From NCBI GenBank assembly GCA_964016885.1, contig OZ024743.1, positions 59,024,001 to 59,088,000 on the forward strand: a stretch of DNA of 64,000 nt, given 5' to 3'. This document shows, piece by piece, positions 1 to 12,721 of this stretch. Source of the DNA: Eledone cirrhosa. Lineage: Eukaryota. The stretch's first letter is position 1, and each line of letters starts with the position of its first letter. The notes under the pieces are model-generated. The model did not search any database and was not told where the DNA came from. It saw only the letters and a list, made by a program, of their open reading frames with translations. The position numbers and the translations under genes were made by a program.

Positions 1-855
1 TCATCGATCTTTTTAAAAAATGCAGTGGTGCGCATCAGTTCTCACTCTTTGTCCCATACGAGATAATAGCAGCATTGGACGGATGCGAGCAGAATGGTTT
101 CATCTCTGCGACCATCCGGCACTGCTCCGTCTGACAGCACTTCCGTACCTATAGTGTTTGTTATGAAGCAGTAGTGCCATCCGGTAGTATTGCCTGGCTA
201 GGGATTTCTGAAAATTATCTATAGTTCCTGGTCTGAAAGTTCTCCGTATCAGACTGGTTAGTGTGTTCTTATCAACGCCTGGATTTTCCTCGAGAACATC
301 GTCCCATCACTAGTTCCTTATTAAACGCTAATGTGGAATATCCACTTAACACATTGCTCAATTGGTAGTAGGCTGTGTACACTAGAAAATATTTCACAGA
401 CCAGAAGGACAGACGTTAGCCTTTGCTTGACCCAAGACTGCAGCTCACTCAAGGAAACGAATTATGTAAAGATGCGCCTGAAAAATGGCGACCACAACAG
501 TTTGCTGTTCAGGAATATCTGTAGATGCGGGAGCCGTATCACATGGTTGCGCTTCCTCAGACATGGTATACCTTAGTACCCGATATAAAGGGCGTTTCCA
601 GAAAATGGACAGCTGAACATTGAAACCTATCCCTTTTTGAAGAAGTAGAAGAGCAGATGCTCTATCTTTGTAAAGCGCAAAAGGAAGCAAGGAGTGTTGG
701 TAATAGTTGGACCGCTTGGCAATTCGAAACTAACTATTCTACAAGAAGTGGTGAGCAAACGCTCAGGCCGGGTGAGGCGCAAACTGGAACAAATTCGACG
801 AAAGGCAGTAATATATGACGTTGGCAATGGATGTGTTCGTCCCTTATGCTCGACC
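1..855 (-). mobile_element. Old degenerate fragment of L1/Tx1-type LINE ORF2 (post-RT region)
   Basis: Minus strand gives disrupted GRA...IANVIYYC and DETILLASVQCC, matching GRAEVANAYIASVIYYR and DETVLHALVQC of the 16787-22505 element; gacccaagactgcagctca matches the copy near 40063. Confidence 0.75.
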
Positions 856-1324
856 TTTTAGTAGTAGATACACAAATAGATGGGGAAAACAAAAAATGAT
901 ATTTCCTATAACATTAATAACAATGTTCTGGTAATACTAATTAGTAGATAATGCTCCAGATAAAGTTACTTCCAGAAAACAAAAAGGATACGTGCGAGAG
1001 GTCTTTCTGGCCCGGGGAATAGATGAAGGAACCGTGAAGAATGAAAACATTTCCTTAGTACGTTAGGCAATACTTCTATATGGTCTCAAAACTAAAGTAG
1101 GTGGGATACATACTAGCCTATATCTGGTACATTGCGTGTTACATCTACAGGGCTGAAGGTTATAGAAGAGTGTCTGGTTTTTAAGACTCAGACAAAAAGT
1201 GTTATGTAGACTTAGCGTATTATATAAGTGCTCAGAGAGACATTGTTAATAAGGTCGTTTGTGGATACTAGGCTCATCGTTAAACTTGAAATAATATAGT
1301 GTCAAATGGTGTTTCTATTTTCTG

Positions 1325-1502
1325 ATTTAGGCACAAGGAGAGGGGTAATTTTGGAGAGGGGTAATTGATAAAATCGACCTAGTGCGATACTGGTACTATA
1401 TTTTATTTACCTCGTAATTATAACAGGCATCGGCGGGATTTGAAATCAGTATGTAAAGGGATGTAACTCTATGTCTGACACTACCGATACAACCAATCCA
1501 CC
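1325..1502 (-). mobile_element. Degenerate copy of tRNA-derived SINE
   Basis: ggcacaagg, tactggtact and cggcgggatttgaa segments match the SINE family. Confidence 0.65.
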
Positions 1503-2001
1503 GAGTCGGATCTGTTTTCGATGATCAGCTGTTTCAAATGTACTGGAAACATTTCGAAAATTCATCGTTTTCATCACCTTGGTCCTCTATCCCCCTCATT
1601 GCCTTCCAATAACAATTCCATTAAACTCACAGCAGTACTCCGTTCTTTATGAGAACCTTGTCTGAAGCAATTCTTCTGAAGTTGATTCCAGTGAATACGT
1701 TGGTTGGCCTTGACCATATTTGGTATGACATTTCCTCGATAAGATGTCTGCCTATTGTCTACATTTCACTCTTCACTATTTCCTTCTCCCCACAACAGTA
1801 ACAGGATTTCAGAATTCACTCCCACCTATCAGTTTCCTTTACACAATGACGGAAGATTAAGAAACTTGAAACAGTTTGATCAGTCTAGAAGGGTTATGGA
1901 CAATTCTCGTGATCTTTCATTAACTTGTAATTTTAATATTTGTAAAATGGAGAGAGAAAACTAGTATGGCTTTAAGAGTAAAAGAGGGCGCATATACTTA
2001 C

Positions 2002-2087
2002 CATTAGCAATTTCATAAGGTATCACACCATCTGTCCAACGACATATTTCTGGTAGTATAGCAGCTCTTTTACGTCTACCTCCGGGT
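2002..2087 (-). CDS. Astacin-family (M12A) metalloprotease, coding exon 4: furin site and start of catalytic domain
   Basis: ttatag acceptor and gtaagt donor; 86 nt; translates (Q)PGGRRKRAAILPEICRWTDGVIPYEIAN, i.e. RxKR followed by the astacin W-x-x-G-V-I-P-Y motif; phase-compatible with upstream exons. Confidence 0.88.
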
Positions 2088-2594
2088 CTATAATGATAAG
2101 TATTAAATCAGTGTTAATACCTATAATAAATGGTAAATATATTAAACAGAATAATAAAATCCTTGTTTGGAAGAATTATTAGTTATATTATAGCTTTGAT
2201 CTACGTTTGATAAGAAATCTAATTATTTGGAGAAGAAAGAGCCAGATAATATATGTTGGAGTTCCCTTTAGGGGTAAAACTCTATTTTCTAGCTTTTCCT
2301 GTTCTGAGGCAATAGACTGGCCCAGATACTCTGATTTTAAGAAGTCCAACATACTTTTTCAGGACATCCGTCTGTTCAGATGACGTGCGCCCCAGACGAT
2401 TGAACAAGGGAAAGCATACTCGTTCGTAAAATTAACATGCAAGTATGTTTGATTGTTCGTGTGTATATATATGTATGCATGTATATATGCATGCATCCAT
2501 GTATGTATGTATGTATGTATGTATGTATGTATGTATGTATGTATGTATGTATGTATGTATGTGTGTATGTACGTAGTTATGTATATATATATAT

Positions 2595-3203
2595 GTCAGG
2601 TCACCAGTTGGTGCTACTGGTAACATGTATCCCAGTACAACCTGTCTCATGGTCGGGTCGTTGGCGACTAAACTGGCAACCCCACCAAGGTTTCTTGGTG
2701 AGGAGGGTGACATTGGACATCCTGCAGGACTAAAATCAAAACCTGTCAAAGGGCAAAGGAGCTCTTAAGAGTCAATGGCCATCCAAAATCACCGGGTGTG
2801 ATGACCCCCTTAGCCTTTGTCAAGGCAGAATTCTAGGAGAAGCAAAACTCTGATATAACACCTGCAACCCTGATGGTATCCAATGATGTTGACTTGATCT
2901 TCTTTTTGGTAAATATCATCTTGGTTAAGAGAGTGGGACTGGCTGTGTGCAGTGCCTTTGCTCACTATAAAAGCTTCACGGCACAGGCATTGCTTTGTAT
3001 CTGGAGATCTCTCTGCACTTGTTGTCACATGGTACCATGGGCCCAACATTATGTCAATAATTGTCACAAGTGTAGTGTTTGTACCAGAGTTTTCAAGTCC
3101 CTGGCTGGACTAAAAAGTCACACTCGTTCAGCGCATCGGTAGGGGATCTCCTACATGGATATAAAGTAGTGGCCGTACTCGAAAACGAGTCGGCAGCCAT
3201 CAT
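2595..3203 (+). mobile_element. Non-autonomous RTE-derived element (~600 bp), copy 1
   Basis: Near-identical to 13773-14378 and 14833-15428; RTE-like 5' UTR motif ttagcctttgtcaaggc...ctaggagaag; C2H2 remnant [17 protein letters not shown]; 3' stem-loop ctcg-aaaa-cgag shared with RTE at 12722; flanked by (TATG)n. Confidence 0.85.
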
Positions 3204-4165
3204 ATATATATATGTATGTATGTAAGTGTGTATGTATGTACGTATGTATATCTGTGTGTATATATGTATGTATGCATGGATATATTGTTGTATGTATGTG
3301 TGCGTGTGTGTGTTTGTGTATGTGTATGTGTGTTTGTGTGTTTGTTTGTCCAGACCTAGGTATGACAGAATCTGTGACGATTACATGATTACGATTGCAC
3401 CCTTACACTTCCGCTATGAGTAAATGCCCAAGGATGGATTAAATTCTAGTTGACAATATTGTGATATAAGCTAGAATAACAAATATTTATTTAGAATGAA
3501 ACACCTAGCCAAACATTACTAAATACCCATCAAACTTTGATGTAAATTGTAAACAGTTATAGTGTTAAAAACAGTCGAACATCTTGAGGTGATATTCACC
3601 CTATTCATTAATCAGTCAACATCTCATGATTTATTTGGTACATAGTGCTGGCGCTATTAATAAGCCACCCAGAGCGAAGAACATATAAGACAGCAATACT
3701 GAGCCTTAAAGTAACATAATTTTTTATAAGTTTGTAGAATAAAGTACAGTATATAATAGCTTCTTTCGAACACTAAACTAACAACTAAACATCTTGCAGC
3801 GTAGATTCCAAATGTGGAGTGTCGTATGTCATTATGATTTGTCCCATGAATAGGCATGGCTGAGTGTGGACTGTGTCATAGAAAATATTGTCTATGTAAT
3901 TTCCTTTGTGTAGTCAGAGCAATACACTGATATTCTTTTTTAAATTTTTTTGAAGAAAATGACGCACACTGTAGAGGTTGCCTAGGGCTCTGGATACCGA
4001 ACCGCCAGGACTATGTATGCCATATCAATGTATAAGCTTATTTTTGCTAACACCAATAATTATGTTGTGTCATTCTTTCTAATATTTCTTTTTCGTTTTA
4101 GAAACTTTTTTATACAGAGAACAATTCCTTTCAACACATTTAAGAATCATTTAAATGTTACTTAC

Positions 4166-4211
4166 TGTTCCGTTTGAGGAATACCATTTCCGGTTACTTC
4201 TACGCTGGGAA
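4166..4211 (-). CDS. Astacin-family metalloprotease, coding micro-exon 3 (46 nt, pro-region)
   Basis: ctctttatttcattcag acceptor and gtaagt donor; phase 1 in, phase 2 out; (V)PSVEVTGNGIPQTE(Q) joins exons 2 and 4 in frame. Confidence 0.75.
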
Positions 4212-4724
4212 CTGAATGAAATAAAGAGCATAGTCTATAATACATGAACTATCAAGAGTGGTAAAATATAATTTACTTGAACGGAATCAACGTTAAGATA
4301 TTTCGGATTCGTCCTTGTATGGTAAGTGACTGGATTCGACACCGATTTTTGAAAGTAAAATAATTGATCTGTGGAAGAGTGGTTTTAGCGAAAGATGGAT
4401 ATATTGTGGAAGAAACTTGATCTAGGGCTATGTGTTGAAAGTAAAACAATTAAAGCGTGGAAAGATTCATTTTAGCCCTTTAGAATACACACAATACAGT
4501 TGGCATTGATTTCTTGGGTGTCACATTATATTTTCGTCACATTGTGTGGGCCGTTGTTACAGACAGTGCAACAAAAATGTTGACACCAATAAAGACATGA
4601 TAATTAAAGAATATAATTAACAGTATCTCTACTTTATAAAGGGTTAAAGTGACTCTTCCTCCAGGTAAAAGTTAAGATGATGTAGTAAGAAGTCGTTAGT
4701 GTTCGGTAACTCTGATATACTCAC

Positions 4725-4758
4725 CTGTGTCAGTTACAACAACCGGTACTTCAGTAAC
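4725..4758 (-). CDS. Astacin-family metalloprotease, coding micro-exon 2 (34 nt, pro-region)
   Basis: tctcttttgcatcttttcag acceptor and AG/gtgagt donor; VTEVPVVVTDT; phase 0 in, phase 1 out. Confidence 0.78.
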
Positions 4759-5299
4759 CTGAAAAGATGCAAAAGAGACAATACCTAAGCTTTATGTTTG
4801 TAGGTGTGTGTATGTGAAGGCTTGTGCCTTTCTGGTTCGGGTTTTCAGCTCACAACTTTATTGTGTCATGAGTTCAAATAGACGTATATGTCCTCAGCTA
4901 GTCTTCTTGACTGGGCTGTAGATCTGGTTTAAGCGAAGACCGACAGAGAGCTCTTGATAATTGGAATGACGTGAAGTACTAACAGTTCTTTGCCAATCGA
5001 GCAGTACGGTCGGTGGAAACGCCACTTTGGCCTTGTATAGGAGCATATTGGCAATTAAAAGGACCGCATGATCCTTATGCACGCCAGAAGAATGCTGCTC
5101 TTTAACGTAGACACTGAATGGGTAAAGAAGACCAACACAAGCAGGCCATTCTACGTGCGCATGTGCTCGTATCATGGAGCAGGCGTATGTGATTTGCCCA
5201 GTCTGTACATGTAGCACTAGACTTAAATAATAGGAGTACAAACCACGTATAACTGACCAAACGAGGTTAGTATTAACTTAATGTTAAACTCCAAAATTA

Positions 5300-5770
5300 T
5301 TATAACAATGAAGTCTTCATTACCCAACCGAATCGTATGCTCCTGTAGGATCGGAAACGCATGTCCTCTGGTGGAGACATGCATGACAGAGGCCGTAGTC
5401 TACGAGGCAAAAGTAAATTTGATTAACCACCAATATAATGAATATCATGTGGCACTTCGTTGTTATCGAATGAAAAGTTAAAGCATATAACAACAATCAT
5501 TCGACGTCGTTCCGACAATTTAATGATAGAACACGCTTGATCTCTCCAGTCATATATGAAAGCTAAAATAAGACTGTGCGGACTACAACATGAGGTGGAA
5601 GATACAGGAAAAATGTAAACATTACATCAATCGTTCTATGAATTGCAGACTTTGCAACACCGAGAAATGATTCATCTGGAGAAATTTGCTGGACCAAATC
5701 TCATGCATCAAATCTTGGCGTGAAATATATAAGCCATTTCCACACACCACTGATTATAAGAAGAGCGCTC
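5300..5770 (+). mobile_element. Penelope-like element GIY-YIG endonuclease remnant
   Basis: CSCRIGNACPL...C...VVYEAKV and DYNMRWKIQEKCKHY...CRLCNTEK, with stops and frameshifts; ends in (TA)n. Confidence 0.8.
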
Positions 5771-5777
5771 AATAAGG

Positions 5778-5860
<83 letters not shown>

Positions 5861-6130
5861 AACAAAAATGGCGTAGACTCACAATACAATACAATAAAAT
5901 AGGAGGAAACATAATAGTACCACAGATGATGTTACAGATATGCAACGAAAGAACTTTGATAGACTTTATATATATGTTTATATATGTATTTTTAACCGCT
6001 GGCCAATCAATGATAAACATTGATTGCCAGATAAATTAACTATGGAGATATAAATGATACAAAAGCGAAAACCAACCAAAGAGTGAGTCTGTTCTGTTAT
6101 TATTTCTGGCACTATTACAAAAAAGGGTGA

Positions 6131-6317
6131 TGGATTGCCAGTATCAGTAGAGAGTCGGATGCCATGCTTTGACGCATAGAGTTACGGCCCTTGCCATTCT
6201 GAGTTCAAATCCCGCCGAGGTTAATTTTGGCTTTCCTCCTTACGGGGTCGATAAAATAAAGTACCAGTAATGCACCGGATAATTGCTGGCCTTGTGCCAA
6301 AACTAGAAACAATTATT
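6131..6317 (+). mobile_element. tRNA-derived SINE (A box, B box gagttcaaatccc, central cctttcatccttacggggtcgataaaataaagtacc core)
   Basis: Pol III A/B boxes; more than 12 copies in window; 3' ggccttgtgccaaaa..agaaacaattatta tail. Confidence 0.9.
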
Positions 6318-6343
6318 ACAACAACATGACCCTTCCCGATTAT

Positions 6344-6386
<43 letters not shown>

Positions 6387-6448
6387 GGAGGAAGTTATAG
6401 TTCACTTAAAGCATTGTGTAATGAGGTATAAACGTTTGTATATATATA

Positions 6449-6657
6449 ATTGTTTCTACTCCAGGCACAAGGCCAGCAATTACACAGTGCGTTACTGGTA
6501 CTTTATTTTATCGACCCCGTAAGGATGAAAGGCAAAGTTAACATCGGCGGGATTTGAACTCAGAATGCCGAGGACCGTAACTCTATGCGTCAAAGAGTTA
6601 CGGTCCTTGCCATTCTGAGTTCAAATCCCGCCGAGGTTAACTTTGCCTTTCATCCTT
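6449..6657 (-). mobile_element. SINE copy with inverted (fold-back) segment at its 5' end
   Basis: 6449-6593 is minus-strand SINE; 6594-6657 repeats part of the SINE on the plus strand. Confidence 0.8.
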
Positions 6658-6798
6658 GTATATATATAATAAAGCCAAAACAATGCAAGTATGGACATAG
6701 AATAAAGAATGCAAATGCAAAAGATATTGTTGACAGTTAGTGTTTTACCTTGCAGGTCCATACCTGCATTGTTTTGGCTTTATTATACATATACAAAC

Positions 6799-6864
<66 letters not shown>

Positions 6865-7114
6865 ATAATAATAAATTTGAAGACTAAAATCCAAAGAGGG
6901 CTCGATAAGGATAAATACATATCAGATATATAAGAACCGGAGAGCAAATATTTTCAACGAACCAAAGTATCGTCTTCCTGTCTTCCTTCGGTTGCAAGGT
7001 TTTTTGAAACATTTACTTCTGCGTTCACAGATTGACATATTTATTTTCAGAAGATCCCGTAAAGGGTGAAAGCAGCGATTATTTACTCAAACTTTAATCT
7101 GTTATTTTAATAAA

Positions 7115-7145
<31 letters not shown>

Positions 7146-7239
7146 TTATACCCGTAGAGCAAATATGTTTCACTGCCGATCAGCAAGAGGAACGATATAA
7201 TTGTGTTCCTTCCTCTCCTATACAAGCGCTCATACGGAC

Positions 7240-8015
7240 CACCATGGAGACGTTTCGGAACACGTCTTCGCAATACCGTAGAGAACATAGATCACTGTTT
7301 CTCTTTGATCATGGCTCCGACTGTGTTTCATGAGACCAGATTTATTCAACCAAATCTTTCCACACTTTGGGCACATCAATTAAATGGAGACATCGATCGT
7401 TTCGAGCGATACACCAGGGCATTACTTACGCATAACTCGTTTGATCTTCTCGTGTTCTATGCGTTTGTCTTCAAAATTATGGACCCCATCATTCACCATT
7501 CGCCAAGTCTCTCGTCTCTCTTAAAAGTGCTTCTATCTTCCAGTCAGCCACCATAAAACCAGTTTTTTTCAATGAGTCCTTTACACAATCTTTGAATCGG
7601 AGTTTTGGTTGGTGAGGTGGTCTTTTACCTTTACAAATATCTCCATACAAAAGGTGTTTCGGGATTCAATCATCCTCCATTCTGCAGAGGTGTCCGGTAT
7701 ATCGCAAGCGCCGTTGGTGGATGATACTTTCAATGTTCTGGGACTCACTTCTCTCAAGGACCTTAACATGACTCACATGTATCTGCCACTTGATACCGAG
7801 CATCTTTCTGAGACACTGATGGTGAAATCGTCCCAGTCTGTTGATATGCCGTTTCTAGGAATCCCATATCTCACACGCATACCGCAATGCTAGCAGTACA
7901 CGTGCAGCATACACCTTGGTCTTCAATGTGATTCAGTAGACCAACATCTCCATCCAGAGAGAAGGTCACACTCAGAGTACCCCCAATACAGAAATCTATC
8001 AGCAACCTTCAGAGT
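7240..8015 (-). mobile_element. RTE-clade LINE 3' remnant with C-terminal C2H2 finger
   Basis: Frameshifted GHLCRMED..IPKHLLYGDICKGKRPPHQPKLRFKD and CPKCGK...GLMKH; homologous to ORF 13135-13596. Confidence 0.8.
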
Positions 8016-8225
8016 TTTACCTTATACATATATGGAGGGTTTATTGAAATCTTTATATATATATATATATATATATACGGAAGTATAGATATACATTTAA
8101 GCGTATCCATCAGTTATCAGTTTTCCTCAATGAATCAAAGAATTAAATAGTCCATTATTCATAGAATAATAATTTATGAGTGGTAAAACAAATAAGATAA
8201 TAAAGTTACCTAAATTACTTCTAGG

Positions 8226-8317
8226 TCCCTATTGCAGTTTTGCTGTGTAAGAAGCATCTCGAGTATTCCATAATTTAGGTTATCATTCTGTGTGAGATAT
8301 CTCAGCTCATCAAGGGA
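8226..8317 (-). ncRNA. Degenerate type I hammerhead ribozyme
   Basis: tccc-TTGATGA-gctg...cagc-AAAA-ctgcaa-TA-ggga; stems I and II close but core has C3U and G12A changes. Confidence 0.55.
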
Positions 8318-8517
8318 TTTCTCAATCCAAGAAAAAAAATTTTCAAGTGATCGTTACCAGGGATAATTTCGAGTGGAAAAGTGTCACATGGTAGGTGGTC
8401 AACAAAAAGGGTAGCAAAATGTGGACTATTGGCGATTAACGTGATTACTAGAAAAATCAGTCCATTTCAGCTTAATTTATCCTCAACTGTAAAGGATTAT
8501 ACAACAAAATTATTGCA

Positions 8518-8561
<44 letters not shown>

Positions 8562-8567
8562 TATATA

Positions 8568-8699
8568 GAAATAGCCGTCGAAACGGCTTGAGCTCTGCCG
8601 TCGGGGTCATACTTTTTCCTATTTCCCTCTCTACTAACCTAAGTATTGAGTACTCTGGTGCGTTATGGTTCATCTGGTTCCTTACCACAATTCCTTTGT

Positions 8700-8700
<1 letters not shown>
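8568..8700 (+). repeat. PLE pseudo-LTR-like repeat carrying the 3' half of a hammerhead
   Basis: GAAA-cggc-ttgagctct-gccg-TC-gggg; same family at 56794-56990, 57345-57390, 57440-57650, 59770-59820, 59985-60035. Confidence 0.7.
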
Positions 8701-8731
<31 letters not shown>

Positions 8732-8929
8732 AATATTGAAGAATAACATGATATTCTTCAATATTTCACTATTATCACTCCAAGAATAACGTGCATAGGA
8801 ATTCCCGCAAATTCGCTACCTACCTATGGAAACATCTTGTTGAGTGAAACAAAGCCGTACGTTAAAACTATCCAGAATACGGAGTACTCCCAACCTCTCA
8901 CTGGATTACCTATAACGATAACTTGTTAT

Positions 8930-9003
<74 letters not shown>

Positions 9004-9067
9004 TATAGTCATACATATAAGGGTGTCGTTCAGTTAACAGTTTTGCTCAATGAGAGAATTAATTAAG

Positions 9068-9222
9068 TAATTGTTTCTACTTTAGGCACAAGGCCAGCAA
9101 TTATCCAGTACATTAATGGTACTTTATTTTATCGACCCCATAAGGGTGAAAGGCAAAGTTAACCTTGGCGGGATTTGAACTCAGAGCGTAAAGGGACGTA
9201 ACTATGCTAGAAAGCATGGCAA
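9068..9222 (-). mobile_element. tRNA-derived SINE copy
   Basis: Matches family consensus including B box and core. Confidence 0.9.
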
Positions 9223-9838
9223 TTCACCGAGAATTAATTAAATAATACAATAGTAAGAGCATTATAAATTTATAAGTTGGAAAAGCTAATAGGATAAAAA
9301 AAAAAAGGTTCCTGGCTATATGAGTGTGTGTGCACCCGTGTACGAGAGTGAGAATTTGTGTTGATTTGTATGTTCTGATATATACATATATGTATGTATC
9401 TGAATACGCATATCTGTATATATGCGTGTACATGTATTCGTATTTTCATGCGCCACGTGTGCATGTGCATGTACATGTTTCGCAAAGAATAGTTTTTCAT
9501 AAGGGACTCAATGGAGCTATAGCCGCCGCTGACAAATGTTCTAATTTTGACTGAAGAACGAAGCGGCAATAATATGTGTTCTCTTAAGGAAATTTCGAGT
9601 AATATATATACATACATACATATATATATAATTACACACGCACACACATCCACTCACGCAAACACAGACACACATACACAAACATACACCCCCTCGCACA
9701 CACACATATATATAATACATAAATAAACAAAATTCGAAAAACTCAGATTACATTTATTGTATTCAGCCATGTAGAGTGATATTATTTTTGAATAATTGAA
9801 TAGGGAAAAGCTGGCCATTAATTGCTTGTATACAGGAA

Positions 9839-9950
9839 ACTAACCAGCCTGTCTGCTGATATGTAAATCAAGCTGATCAGTGGATCTGCTAATATGCAGA
9901 TCTGACTGATCAGCCAGTCCGCTATTATGCAAAGTAGGCTGATCAGTCCC
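9839..9950 (+). repeat. 33-bp tandem repeat (~3.4 units) with octamer-like motifs
   Basis: atgtaaat 9861, atgcagat 9894, atgcaaag 9927 at 33-bp period, each followed by ctgatcag. Confidence 0.75.
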
Positions 9951-9990
9951 TGTATATTTCAGAAAATATATATTTTCACTAGTACTGACA

Positions 9991-10072
9991 GTTGGCAAGT
10001 AAACAGTGAACTGCACCGATGAAGGATGATACCCTGAAACATTAGTGTCTGCAGTTCTATTTACTTGTCAAC
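9991..10072 (+). ncRNA. Type I hammerhead ribozyme (CCGAUGA core variant, extended stem I)
   Basis: gaactgca-CCGATGA-agg(atgatac)cct-GAAA-ca(ttag)tg-TC-tgcagttc; outer arms gttggcaagtaaa/tttacttgtcaac; GUC at 10047-10049. Confidence 0.8.
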
Positions 10073-10188
10073 ACAAGAGCAACAGTGAGGGGCTCATTCT
10101 ACTGACATGGCTTTAAAAATAAAAATGATACTGTTTGCATAATTGCAAACGAATCGAATATTATTATTAATATTCGACAAACTCAGAT

Positions 10189-10900
<712 letters not shown>

Positions 10901-10909
10901 GAACAACAT

Positions 10910-11017
<108 letters not shown>

Positions 11018-11029
11018 ATATAAGTAGAT

Positions 11030-12400
11030 AAATCTAACAAAATATACGGTAGTGTCCAATCCGTATGAAGAACTCAATGTAATCCAAATATGATGAAAAG
11101 AGAGGATGCATTCAAACATTTTCGATGAAAATCACAGGAAAACAGAGTCAAGATAAATTAATAAAAACAATGAATAAAAACAAAGAACAAGTTCCTTATA
11201 TTAAAAGATTCATAATTTTACGATCGTTTCTAGGATATATATATGTGTTGGTATGTATACCATATAGATCTATGTAAAAATATTACAAACTATCAGAGGA
11301 AATAAACATACTTTACATATATATGCTGTCTTCAGAAATAATGAGATTTGTTTATTGAAAAAAAACAACAAAGATTTAATATAATAGGTCTGTTTGGGAA
11401 CAGATTTTGAATTGACCAATAGAAAAGTAGGAAGAGCTCAAGTTGATAGAATAGTAGTAGTAGAAATTTAATTTAGGGGTAGAGGAATGCAGACTTATGT
11501 TTTGAATTGAAAGAATACTTTGAATGAAAATAATACTTTGGGGATGAAAAGAGGTCAAGCCGGTGAAGGGTACACGAAAATGTGATGTTATTTAAGAATA
11601 ATGTTAATGTTAAAACCGAAGGAGAGTAACATTTTAGGGTAAAGGTATTAGTGAGAAATACCAATCTTATTTAAAACACAAGGAATTTAGATCTATAACA
11701 AGAAATTAAATTAATTGATAGGTATACTTATAGGGATAAAGTTATATTAATTCATATGGATGTGATAAATAAGAATTAGATGTTATTAAAGAATGTTGTT
11801 AAAACCGAAGGAAAATAAAATGTTGGGATAAGTGTAGTAGTGAGAAATACCAATCTTACATAGACTACCAGGAATCTAGATTCCTAACAGGAAATTAAAT
11901 TAATTTATATGTATACTTTTAGGTATTCATTTTAGGAAATAGAGCTGTAAGAGGGAAATAAAATTATGAAGTTCTCTGTAGTAAAGTACTAATTATATGT
12001 TAACTAAATTAAAAAAAACTAATTATAATAATATGTAAAATATAAGTGTAATTAATTAGGTTTATAATATTTGAAAGTTCTTCTAATTGTATGATTGCAA
12101 GATATAATTAATTATTGTCCCTTATTTAATAGGATATCCTTAGATTTCATTATTTCAAAAGGTTTCTGTGAGCATAATCTACACTCATACCTGTTATTTT
12201 GATACGGGGTGGCCCCTTTGAGCACACTCCAGGTCAGGTTGTTTATCGATAATCTTTATTCTATAATTATTAATTGTTTCAGCCAAGGATGTTGTATTAG
12301 CTAATGCGGCATTTTTAAAACTATGTTTGTGGGTATTAAATCTTACTTTAAATTGGTTAGACGTAGCTCCTATATATCAATAAGTTGAGTCCTTAATGCT
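11030..12400 (-). mobile_element. AT-rich PLE 3' fragment (GIY-YIG remnant 12075-12400, 3' region with ~190-bp duplication, hammerhead)
   Basis: Minus strand YIGATSNQFKVRFNTHKHSF...TTSLA...WSVLK..PY...CRLC; hammerhead at 11210-11344. Confidence 0.75.
11210..11344 (-). ncRNA. Type I hammerhead ribozyme with long stem II
   Basis: tcattattt-CTGAAGA-cagcatatat...atatatccta-GAAA-cgatcg-TA-aaattatga; stem I pairs 8 of 9; palindromic stem III. Confidence 0.75.
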
Positions 12401-12721
12401 AATATATGAATTGGCAGAGTTGTCAGAACGTCGGTTCGAATGCCTCCATTCATCCGTGGTCGATAAAAAAGTAACAGTCAAGTGCTGGGTCAATTCTTCC
12501 TCTATATCGCTTTCCCGCTTCCTTTCTCTCATTCTGTCTATCCTTCCTTGCTAGAAATCTACTGTATTCAGGCCTCGAGAGGAGATTGGCTCCACCATGT
12601 TTTAAAAATGCCCTAAAAACGCCATATGTTAATATAGAGTCCCTATTACTCCATTGGGAGCTACGGATCCATACCATAGCATAACCGACACATGTATGTA
12701 TGTATGTATGTATGTATGTAT

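Noticed and set aside
1540-1800. Candidate next astacin exon (gtgagt donor near 1630)
   Set aside because: No good acceptor and no astacin motifs in any frame
6131-6230. tRNA gene
   Set aside because: A/B boxes belong to a multi-copy SINE; no cloverleaf
6940-7080. Hammerhead-like strings (cagaaga-t-ccc-gtaaa-ggg-t-gaaa and a minus-strand one at 6940-6985)
   Set aside because: Core mutated, no valid UH site or stem I; at most decayed relics
8776-8846. cactc...catagg/cctatg-gGAAA-catcttg-TT-gagtg hammerhead-like fold
   Set aside because: CUGANGA box not recognisable, so not called as a ribozyme
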